A DNA stretch of 64,000 nt from Erysipelotrichales bacterium. GTDB taxonomy: Bacteria > Bacillota_I > Bacilli_A > RF39 > UBA660. The position numbers and the translations under genes were made by a program. Below the pieces are notes generated by a model. The model was not told where the DNA came from. It saw only the letters and a list, made by a program, of their open reading frames with translations, and made no database searches. Numbering within the stretch: position 1 is the stretch's first letter; every line of letters begins with the position of its first letter. Shown here one piece after another: positions 45,998 to 54,256 of this stretch. The stretch spans positions 9,325 through 73,324 of the forward strand of contig JAFLUY010000008.1 in the NCBI GenBank assembly GCA_022508565.1. The letters run 5' to 3'.

Positions 45998-46570
45998 ATG
46001 CAAGACGTAACGATTTTTCCTGGTCGCTTTCAACCATTTCATTCAGGACATTTAAAGTGTTGTGAAGATATATATAAAAAGAATGGCAATCCTGTAGTTA
46101 TTTTATATATAACAAATAAAAAGTTCGATAAGAAAAAACCTTTTGATGATGAACTAACTAAAGAAGAATTAGAGATCGTCAAAAAGAATAATGATTTCAT
46201 TGCTGATATTTTTTGGATCCGTAATCCTCTAGCTGGTCCAATGATTGCTTTATGTAATGAACATGGATATAATCCTACTGTATGGATTGCTGGAGAAGAC
46301 CGATTAGAAAGTTATCAAAAAATGTTAGATGGATTAAGAAATCCCGATATCCATAAACCAGAACTCATTGAGACAAATAGATATTGTTCGGCAACAGAAG
46401 TTAGAGACGCTATATTAAAAGGAGATAAGAAAACTTTCGAAAAGCTTATGCCAAAAGGAACAGTAAAACTCTGGGAAAAATATAAAAAACAAATTGATAA
46501 AGTTTATAATACTAATGAAACTTATATTGGATTAGCTGATTATATCGCTGAGCAATTAAGAAGTAATTGA
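45998..46570 (+). CDS. nicotinamide/nicotinate-mononucleotide adenylyltransferase-like cytidylyltransferase-family protein
   Basis: The N-terminal FPGRFQPFHSGHL matches the archaeal/NadR-type NMNAT signature GRFQPFHxGH. ISATEVR lies near the C-terminus. Confidence 0.7.
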   Translation: MQDVTIFPGRFQPFHSGHLKCCEDIYKKNGNPVVILYITNKKFDKKKPFDDELTKEELEIVKKNNDFIADIFWIRNPLAGPMIALCNEHGYNPTVWIAGEDRLESYQKMLDGLRNPDIHKPELIETNRYCSATEVRDAILKGDKKTFEKLMPKGTVKLWEKYKKQIDKVYNTNETYIGLADYIAEQLRSN

Positions 46571-46612
46571 TTTTAATTATTTTTATTTAAATTAATTTTT
46601 ATAAAATCTAAA

Positions 46613-46888
46613 ATGAAAAGTTTAGTTGAATTCATTACAGAATCAAGGATAAATCCTAAAGATGTTATTGAAGCAATTGTTGGTGCTTATCAACAATGGG
46701 AATCAGATCTTGAAGATGAACCTGCACAATGGTCAGATATAGAAGATATGTATACTGCAGATGAACCAAGCGACGATGTTATTAAAGATATATGTGTTAG
46801 TCTTGGAGTAAAGGAAGAAGAACTTAAAAAATTCTTCTCTACTCCTCAAGGTAAAACAGCATGGAAAAATGCACAAAAAGAATTCTAA
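46613..46888 (+). CDS. small acidic protein with CTS-like N-terminus (MKSLVEFITE)
   Basis: 91-aa ORF. Confidence 0.6.
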   Translation: MKSLVEFITESRINPKDVIEAIVGAYQQWESDLEDEPAQWSDIEDMYTADEPSDDVIKDICVSLGVKEEELKKFFSTPQGKTAWKNAQKEF

Positions 46889-46921
46889 AAAGTAGTTTCA
46901 TAATTTTATATTAAATAATTA

Positions 46922-46953
46922 AAGCCGGCTAGAAATAGTCGGCTTCATTTTTC
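46922..46953 (+). terminator. rho-independent terminator
   Basis: Stem aagccggct (46922-46930) / agtcggctt (46937-46945) with one G-U pair, then cattttt. Confidence 0.65.
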
Positions 46954-47022
46954 CTATTTTATAATAAATATATAATATTTTAAATCAGAAAATATAAAAT
47001 AAAAATATATAATAGAAATCCT

Positions 47023-48498
47023 ATGAAAGTGATCAAACGAGATGGTACTATCCAGGAATTTGACATCAAGAAACCTATTGAGGCTTTCAAGAAGCCTTTT
47101 ATAAATGGTTTGCAGAGAGAAGTTCCGGAAGGCTTACTTGAAAAATTTGAAATTGAACTCGAGAAGTTCATAAACAAACAAAAAGAAGAAGTTAATATTG
47201 AAGAAATTCAAGACTTCATTAGAGATTTCTTAATTAAGAAAAATCAATATGAAGCCGCTGAAAACTTTATTCTTTATCGTGAAAAACGAAATGAATATCG
47301 CGAAAAGAATACCAAGCTTCATAAGAATATTATTACAAAACTTTATGCAAAGAATATTGAAAATTCTAATGCAAATATGGATGAAGCCTCATTTGGCGGT
47401 AGAGTAGGTTCAGCAGCTTCAGAAGTTTGTAAAGATGAAGCATTAAAATTAATGTCAAGAAAGTTTAGAAAAAATCACGAAAATAATGAAATCTATGTTC
47501 ATGATTTAGATGCATTTTGCGACGGGCGCCATAACTGTTTGTCATATCCGATAGATAAATCCCTTAATGAAGGATTTTCTACTAGACAAACTGATGTTCG
47601 TGAAGCTAACTCTATATTGACTGCTTTGCAATTAGTTGCCGTACAATTTCAGTGTCAATCACTAGAGCAATTCGGCGGGGTTGCGGCAACACATATAGAT
47701 TGGTCAATGGTTCCATTTGTCAGAAAAAGCTTTATGAAACATTTTAAAGATGGGTTAGAATGGATTGGCTTATTCAATTGGAAAAAAGAAAAAATAGATA
47801 AATATATTAATGAAATTATTCCAGGAATAGAAAATAAGGATTCGGAAAATCCAATTCGTAGAACTTTAGCTATAGAAAAGAGTAAATATATTTTAAAGCA
47901 ACCCTGGTATAAATTATTTAAGAAATATAGATTACATAGAGCATATAAATATGCATTAAAGAAAACTAAAAGAGATACTTATCAAGGAGTAGAAGGACTT
48001 TACCATAATTTAAATACACTTCAATCAAGATCAGGATCGATGCTCCCGTTTAGTTCGATAAATTATGGTACATGTACTTTACCGGAAGGCCAAATGGTTA
48101 CTGATGCTATTCTTGATGTGACTATAAAAGGTCTTGGAGAACATGGTGTAACATCAATATTCCCTTGTGGAATTTTTCAATATAAAAAGGGCGTTAATGA
48201 TAAACCTAGAACACCTAATTATCATCTTTTTAGAAAAGCTCTTAAATCAACAGCTAAGAGGATTTATCCAAATTATGCAAACTGTGACTGGAGTAATCAG
48301 AAATCTTGGAAAGAATATGATTTGAAAATTCGTACAGAAGTTCTTAATGAATTGAATGAAGATGATACCGAAAAACTTATTAGTAAAGTCAAGCAAGATC
48401 CAGAATTTGCATTAGATCATTTTAGATTAATATATGATTATTATGGATTACATGTTATTGAAGAAGAACTCCCGATCGAGTTATTTTCAACCATGGGT
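47023..48498 (+). CDS. nrdD: anaerobic ribonucleoside-triphosphate reductase, exon 1 (ATP-cone + N-terminal catalytic part)
   Basis: ATP-cone start MKVIKRDGTIQEFDIKK. The class III RNR body follows. The exon ends ...ELFSTMG at a U (48498). Confidence 0.8.
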
Positions 48499-48768
48499 AA
48501 GCGAAATACTACAGCCCATGTAAAATTCCGTGAACCAAGCTTATTGGGTGTGGCTTAATAAAGCTGCTAACGGTTAGGTCCTAATAGGTGATGCTAAGGA
48601 TGAGACCGTGCTAAGATTTAAAGATTCATTCTTGAATAAAGTGTATCGACTATCCCTGATGAATGTAAGGGAGTAGGATTGGAGATAAGCACCAATTCCA
48701 AGCGCGGAACATTTATTTAATATAAATGAAGATATAGTCAGTACAAATAGTAATATTTGATTAATATG
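48499..48768 (+). ncRNA. group I self-splicing intron, ORF-less (about 270 nt)
   Basis: The 5' splice site follows U48498 and the intron ends with G48768. P1 pairs exon CAUGGGU (48492-48498) with internal guide GCCCAUG (48514-48520), placing a U-G wobble at the splice site. A long-range 7-bp helix joins 48526-48532 and 48703-48709. Hairpins occur at 48653-48672 and 48710-48728. The segment is visibly G+C-richer than its flanks. Splicing restores TMG|CRTANGG. Confidence 0.7.
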
Positions 48769-49827
48769 TGTAGAACAGCGAATGGTGGAGATATTTGGTT
48801 TAAAAATTCATTTGAAAAGAATTTAAAAGCTTGGATAAATGATGAGACTCTTTATGACGATATTATATCAGGTTGTCAAAAGGATGGTCGTGGAAATATT
48901 TGTCCAGTAACAATCATTCTTCCGACATTAGCAATGGAAGCTAAAGAATATATTGAGAAGAAAACCGAAAACCCAACTAAAGAAGAATATAAGAAAGCTT
49001 TTATTGATTTATTGACAAAGAAAATTCATGAAGCTAAAGATATGCTTATCGAAAGATTCGAACATATAGCTTCCCAATCTGCCGCATCGGCTAAATTTAT
49101 GTATGGAAATAAAACAATGTCAGGTTATGTTCCAGAAGAAGGAATACAATCAGCACTTCGTCATGGTACTATAGTTATCGGTAAAATCGGATTAGCGGAA
49201 GCATTAATTATTCTTATTGGAAAGGACCATTCAATTAAAGAAGGGATGGAATTTGCTAAAGAAATTGAAACTCTTTATAGAGATCTCTGTGCAAAATTTA
49301 AAGAAGAATACAAATTTAATTTTGGAAATTATAATACTCCAGCAGAATCACTTTGTCATACTTCATTAAAGAAATTTAGAGATAAATATGGTATCATTCC
49401 AAATGTTTCCGATAAAGAATATTTCACTAATTCTATTCATATTCCTGTACATAATAATAATATAAATATCTTTGAAAAAATCAATAAAGAAGCAGAACTT
49501 ACCGGATATTCTAGTGCTGGTTGCATAACTTATGTCGAGATGGATAGTTCAGCGGTAAATAATATTGATGCTATGGAAAAAATAGTTACATACGCAATGG
49601 ATAAAGATATCCCATATTTTGCTTTAAATTTCGATTTAAACAGATGTGCAAAATGTAATTATCAAGGAGGAGACATTAATGATGTTTGTCCTAAATGTGG
49701 AAGTCAGGATATTTTAGAACTCAAACGAGTAACAGGCTATTTGAGTACAACTAAAAAACATTTTAATCCTGGTAAAATTGATGAAGTAGATCATCGCTGT
49801 AAACATGAATCTAAAACAATTTTATAA
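48769..49827 (+). CDS. nrdD: anaerobic ribonucleoside-triphosphate reductase, exon 2 (C-terminal Zn-ribbon and glycyl-radical domain)
   Basis: CAKCNY...CPKCGS Zn ribbon and the glycyl radical motif KRVTGYLST. The ORF-track TTG start at 48757 is an artefact of the intron. Confidence 0.8.
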   Translation, partial: CRTANGGDIWFKNSFEKNLKAWINDETLYDDIISGCQKDGRGNICPVTIILPTLAMEAKEYIEKKTENPTKEEYKKAFIDLLTKKIHEAKDMLIERFEHIASQSAASAKFMYGNKTMSGYVPEEGIQSALRHGTIVIGKIGLAEALIILIGKDHSIKEGMEFAKEIETLYRDLCAKFKEEYKFNFGNYNTPAESLCHTSLKKFRDKYGIIPNVSDKEYFTNSIHIPVHNNNINIFEKINKEAELTGYSSAGCITYVEMDSSAVNNIDAMEKIVTYAMDKDIPYFALNFDLNRCAKCNYQGGDINDVCPKCGSQDILELKRVTGYLSTTKKHFNPGKIDEVDHRCKHESKTIL

Positions 49828-49863
49828 ATATTTATTTTTAATTACAAATATATTTTCAATAAT

Positions 49864-50364
49864 ATGAAGAGTTTAATCGATATAATAAATGAAGCTAAAT
49901 TTAAAACAATTTCCTCAATAAAAGCCGGAGATACAATTTATGCTATTGTGAGTGATTATGATAATAAATATTCTTATAATCGTTTAAAAAGAGATATGAA
50001 GCCATATAAATTTACTATTACTGAAGTAAGAAAAGCAAGAGATGGTAAAGGTTTATATGCGAAAGTAGAGCAAAATAAATTTAATATTGATAGAATTTAT
50101 TTTACTGATGATGAAATAAGAGATTTTGCATGTAATGGCACAGGTATAATGGATATGGAATATGATGAAGTTTATACGATGTTCTGTGCAAAATCAATAG
50201 ATGAATTACAAGAACTTATGGATAGTGAAGTTGGCGAAGAAATTGGTAATAAATTAAATAAAATATCTAAACTTGAAAATGATAAACAACAAATAGATAA
50301 GAAAATTGAACAAATAAAAGCAGAAATTGATGAACTTAAATCTTCAGCACAATTAGAAAAATAG
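49864..50364 (+). CDS. hypothetical protein with CTS-like N-terminus (MKSLIDIINE) and C-terminal coiled coil
   Basis: 166-aa ORF. Confidence 0.6.
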   Translation: MKSLIDIINEAKFKTISSIKAGDTIYAIVSDYDNKYSYNRLKRDMKPYKFTITEVRKARDGKGLYAKVEQNKFNIDRIYFTDDEIRDFACNGTGIMDMEYDEVYTMFCAKSIDELQELMDSEVGEEIGNKLNKISKLENDKQQIDKKIEQIKAEIDELKSSAQLEK

Positions 50365-50391
50365 AAATATTATTTATATATATTTTACTGA

Positions 50392-50423
50392 AATGCTAGA
50401 TAAAATATATCTAGCATTTTTGT
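50392..50423 (+). terminator. rho-independent terminator
   Basis: Perfect 11-bp stem aatgctagata (50392-50402) / tatctagcatt (50408-50418), then tttg. Confidence 0.7.
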
Positions 50424-50476
50424 TATTTTTAGATATGAAACACGTTATAAAATATTCTATATTTTAATTAGTTTTA

Positions 50477-51019
50477 ATGTTAGAAAATATGAAAATTGCT
50501 AGTATAACTACTTGTGATATAAATAATGGTCCAGGGATTCGAATGACTATTTGGATTTCTGGATGTTCTCATAATTGTCCTGGATGTCATAATCCAGAAC
50601 TCCAAGATTATGACTTCGGTAAATATAAACTATTGTCTCCTGAAGTTTTTGAAAAAATTGAAAATGAATTAAATAAATCTTATATAGACGGAATAACATT
50701 TTCCGGAGGAGATCCTTTAGACCAAAATAATCGTTCATTAAGAGAATTAAAAACTTTTTTATATTATCTTAAAAAACATTGGCCGAATAAAAAAATATGG
50801 GTTTATACTGGCGGAACTTATGAAATTTTAAATAAAATTGCAATTATAAATCAAGTTTTAGATTATGTTGATGTTTTAGTAGATGGATTATTTATACCAG
50901 AAAAAAGAGACATAACATTACCATTTCGTGGTAGCACCAATCAAAGGATTATTGATATCCAAGAAAGTAAAAAACAAAACAAAACAATTATATTAGAAGA
51001 TAAACTTTTTAGAACTTAA
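50477..51019 (+). CDS. nrdG: anaerobic ribonucleotide reductase activating protein (radical SAM)
   Basis: DINNGPGIR...ISGCSHNCPGCHN matches NrdG's C-x3-C-x2-C cluster context. GGDPL motif. 180 aa. Confidence 0.85.
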   Translation: MLENMKIASITTCDINNGPGIRMTIWISGCSHNCPGCHNPELQDYDFGKYKLLSPEVFEKIENELNKSYIDGITFSGGDPLDQNNRSLRELKTFLYYLKKHWPNKKIWVYTGGTYEILNKIAIINQVLDYVDVLVDGLFIPEKRDITLPFRGSTNQRIIDIQESKKQNKTIILEDKLFRT

Positions 51020-51040
51020 TAAATAAATTTTATATATAAA

Positions 51041-51319
51041 ATGACTACAGAACAAGCATTAGATTTCGCGTACGAAAATCCATATACTTGTATAACCACT
51101 GAAGATATATATGAATATGGAGAACAATATTTTTATTATGATAATAAAGGAAATCTTAAAAATGAAAATAGTGAGATAATTGATGAAGAATATATTTACA
51201 ACAATGTAGAAAATTCTTCTAAAGAAGATTTTAATGATTGGATTGAAATAGATAAAGAAGTCTCCGAAGCTGATGAAAATTCAAATTATGATTATGGAGA
51301 CTATGATTATGATGAATAA
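51041..51319 (+). CDS. small acidic protein
   Basis: 92-aa ORF rich in D, E and Y. Confidence 0.5.
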   Translation: MTTEQALDFAYENPYTCITTEDIYEYGEQYFYYDNKGNLKNENSEIIDEEYIYNNVENSSKEDFNDWIEIDKEVSEADENSNYDYGDYDYDE

Positions 51320-51539
51320 TAAAATCTATCAAATACAATGTAGATATGAATATTGGAGTATCGAACATGGGAAGATCTGGACTAAATGGTTTAATGTATA
51401 TGGCGAAGTATATCATAACAAAGATCTTATTGAATCTAGATTGGAAGATATAAAAAATAAAGTAACTTCAATAGATAAAATTACTAAACTTAAACACGAA
51501 TATCAAATAGTAGAAAATATAAAAGAAAATGAAAATTGA
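51312..51539 (+). CDS. hypothetical protein (start moved to the internal ATG)
   Basis: [15 protein letters not shown].... The ATG at 51312 overlaps the upstream stop (ATGAATAA). The ORF-track start at 51273 would overlap by 47 nt. Confidence 0.45.
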   Translation: MNNKIYQIQCRYEYWSIEHGKIWTKWFNVYGEVYHNKDLIESRLEDIKNKVTSIDKITKLKHEYQIVENIKENEN

Positions 51540-52599
51540 TAATTCAAAAGATTATTATAAAATTTTAGGGATATCAGAAGATGCTTCTGAACAAGAAATT
51601 AAAAAGGCTTACAGAAAACTATCATTAAAATATCATCCAGATAAACAAATCGACAAATCTGAAGAAGAGAAAAAAGAAGCTCATGAAAAATTTACAGAAA
51701 TAAATGAAGCTAATGATATTTTAGGAGATACAAATAAAAGATATCAATATGATCAATTAAGAAAGTTCGGAGGATTCGGTGGATTTGGAGGATTTGGAGG
51801 ATTCAATCCTTTTGGAGATTTCTTTACAAACGTCAATAAAAAAAGAAAACCAACATATCCCATAGGACAACAAATTAATCTTAGAATTAGATTAACTATT
51901 GAAGATTTATATAATTATGATAAACCAAAAATTGTAACTTATAATCGTCCTGTAAGATGTACTGAGTGTAATGGAGTTGGAGGAACTGGGCAGGAAACTT
52001 GTGGTCATTGTCATGGTACTGGAATGATTACAGAAATCCGTCAACAAGGTATAATGACTATACAAAATTCTCGTCCATGCCAATATTGTAATGGTACTGG
52101 ATTTATAATAAAAGAATCTTGTAAAAGTTGTTCCGGAAATGGTTTAAAAAATGAGGTTGCCGAATTTGATGTAAATACAGCTGTACCTAGACAATATCTT
52201 TTCCAAAATGATTCTGTAATAAATATTTCCGAACTAGGAGGAGAATCGAGAAGTCCAGAGGTACCTAATGGAGATATCTTATTATATATTTCTCATGATT
52301 TCGATACTGATGAATATGAAATAGATGAATTCGGAAATATTTATCAAAAACTTTCGGTTCCATATTATGAATGCATATTAGGAAATGATAATTATACATT
52401 TGTTGCATGTGATAGAGGATATCATATAATTAAATTACCAAAGTACTCAAGAACGGGATATAAAATTGAATGCCAAGAAATGCATGGTGCTATAGAAGGA
52501 TCTAAATATTATATCTATATAAATGTTGATATGCCAAAAGAAATTAATAAGGATGAAGAAAAATATTTAGAAGAGATTAAAAAATTGCATCAAAAATAA
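51529..52599 (+). CDS. dnaJ: DnaJ (Hsp40) co-chaperone, type I
   Basis: J domain DYYKILG...[14 protein letters not shown] region (GGF)x5. Four CxxCxGxG zinc motifs ([32 protein letters not shown]). Confidence 0.9.
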   Translation: MKIDNSKDYYKILGISEDASEQEIKKAYRKLSLKYHPDKQIDKSEEEKKEAHEKFTEINEANDILGDTNKRYQYDQLRKFGGFGGFGGFGGFNPFGDFFTNVNKKRKPTYPIGQQINLRIRLTIEDLYNYDKPKIVTYNRPVRCTECNGVGGTGQETCGHCHGTGMITEIRQQGIMTIQNSRPCQYCNGTGFIIKESCKSCSGNGLKNEVAEFDVNTAVPRQYLFQNDSVINISELGGESRSPEVPNGDILLYISHDFDTDEYEIDEFGNIYQKLSVPYYECILGNDNYTFVACDRGYHIIKLPKYSRTGYKIECQEMHGAIEGSKYYIYINVDMPKEINKDEEKYLEEIKKLHQK

Positions 52600-52607
52600 T
52601 TCTTAAG

Positions 52608-52636
52608 TGCTTGGTAAAAATACCAAGCATTTTTTA
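52608..52636 (+). terminator. rho-independent terminator
   Basis: Stem tgcttggta (52608-52616) / taccaagca (52621-52629), then ttttttat. Confidence 0.7.
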
Positions 52637-52699
52637 TACTCGAATTTTGAAATTTCATCTCAAATTTCTATGTTATTTATATAATTTAATCAACTTAAA

Positions 52700-53488
52700 A
52701 TGAAGGATATACAACCAATATTTGATCCTACAAAAGGATATCCGTTTATTATTGCTGGTCCTTGTTCAGCCGAAACAGAAATGCAAGTTATGCAAACGGC
52801 TGAACAATTAAAAGAAAATGGATTCGAATATTTTCGGGCAGGAGTTTGGAAACCTCGAACTAGGCCAGGAGGATTTGAAGGAAACGGTAAAAAGGCTTTA
52901 GAATGGCTTAAAAAAGCGAAAAAAGAATTAGACATAAAAATTTGTACAGAAGTGGCAAATCAAGACCAAACAAAAATGGTACTTGATTATGGAATCGATA
53001 TCATTTGGATTGGTGCTAGGACGACTACTTCACCTTTTGCTGTACAAGAAATTGCCGATACTTTATATAAAGAAGAAAGCAGAATTCCGGTACTTGTGAA
53101 AAATCCTCCTTGTCCAGATTTAGAATTGTGGATAGGAGCAATAGAAAGATTTTACAATGCCGGAATAAGAAAATTGGGAGCTATTCACCGAGGTTTTTTA
53201 GAATGGCCGAAAAGTGTATATCGGAATTCTCCTATTTGGGCAATTCCGACAGAATTTTCAAAGAGAATTCCAGAAATAACTATGATTCATGATCCTTCGC
53301 ATATTAGTGGAGATAAAGAGTTGATTGAATATCTTTCTAAAAAAGCGATTAATGGAAATGTATTTGATGGACTTATGATAGAATCTCATTATAAACCTGA
53401 ATTAGCAATTACAGATGCTAGACAACAAATTACTCCAGAAGAATTATATAAAATAATATCAAATATTAAAGAAAATTATATTTTATAA
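52700..53488 (+). CDS. 3-deoxy-7-phosphoheptulonate (DAHP) synthase, type I-beta-like
   Basis: PFIIAGPCSAE, FRAGVWKPRTRPGGFEG.G..AL.WL and IHDPSHISG motifs. 262 aa. Confidence 0.8.
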   Translation: MKDIQPIFDPTKGYPFIIAGPCSAETEMQVMQTAEQLKENGFEYFRAGVWKPRTRPGGFEGNGKKALEWLKKAKKELDIKICTEVANQDQTKMVLDYGIDIIWIGARTTTSPFAVQEIADTLYKEESRIPVLVKNPPCPDLELWIGAIERFYNAGIRKLGAIHRGFLEWPKSVYRNSPIWAIPTEFSKRIPEITMIHDPSHISGDKELIEYLSKKAINGNVFDGLMIESHYKPELAITDARQQITPEELYKIISNIKENYIL

Positions 53489-53490
53489 AA

Positions 53491-53745
53491 ATGACAACAG
53501 AAAATGGAATGATAAAAGATTCTTTACTAAATAAATCAATTCCTGTATGGATCGCTATTGCAAAGAATGAAGCCATACAGATTTTTACAAAAGAACCAAA
53601 ACGAGGCAAATCCTCATGGAGAGGAGAATATTATATTAACTCAATAATATATGAAAGTATTAAAGAAATGGTTAATAATTCTAGTTTGACTTGGGCTTCC
53701 GAACCGGAATTTTTAGAACTTTCATTCGTTAAAAAAGAAATATAA
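53491..53745 (+). CDS. hypothetical protein
   Basis: 84-aa ORF starting 2 nt after the DAHP synthase stop. Confidence 0.5.
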   Translation: MTTENGMIKDSLLNKSIPVWIAIAKNEAIQIFTKEPKRGKSSWRGEYYINSIIYESIKEMVNNSSLTWASEPEFLELSFVKKEI

Positions 53746-53885
53746 AGAAAATGATAAAAATATTGATTCTGGGACACTTTTACATCTACATAATATAATT
53801 ATATATTTTAGATGATTAAAGTGCCCTGGGAGTCTTCAGAATGATTGAGAAATAATTTAAAATAATATTTTATAAGAGTAAAATA

Positions 53886-54254
53886 ATGATACAAAAACGA
53901 GTTATAGATAATAGTGAAATCAATATGGAAATTAAAAAAATTTATGTTAGTCTTCCAATGAAAGATAAAGAAGATACTATTGAAGATAGAGTGAATTTGG
54001 CAATTGATTATTGTGAAAGATTTCTTCCTGATTATGATTTAGTATTTCCTTGTAATATCGAACAATTTTTTGGAGAAAATAAAACATTCGAAAGAGATCA
54101 TCCTTATGGATGGTATATTGGAGAAGATATAAAAGTTGAATTCGAATGCGATGCAATTTTGATGACTCCTGGATGGGAAGATTCTTTAGGATGTAGAATT
54201 GAATATGCTATAGCTAAAGAAAGAGGAATGGAAATTTTTCATCAAATTTTTTAA
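53886..54254 (+). CDS. DUF4406 / nucleoside 2-deoxyribosyltransferase-like protein
   Basis: KIYVSLPMKDKED...ECDAILMTPGWEDSLGCRIEYAIAKERGMEIF fits the IY.SGPM...CDA..ML.GWE.S.G...E...A pattern. The true start may be the ATG at 53925 (MEIKKIYVS). Confidence 0.55.
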   Translation: MIQKRVIDNSEINMEIKKIYVSLPMKDKEDTIEDRVNLAIDYCERFLPDYDLVFPCNIEQFFGENKTFERDHPYGWYIGEDIKVEFECDAILMTPGWEDSLGCRIEYAIAKERGMEIFHQIF

Positions 54255-54256
54255 AC

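Noticed and set aside
48499-48768. nrdD split interpreted as a frameshifted pseudogene, two separate subunits, or an intein.
   Set aside because: The intervening segment is non-coding and G+C-rich. It has canonical group I splice-site nucleotides and a P1 guide pairing, and joining the exons gives a continuous TMGCR sequence. An intein would be in frame and much longer.
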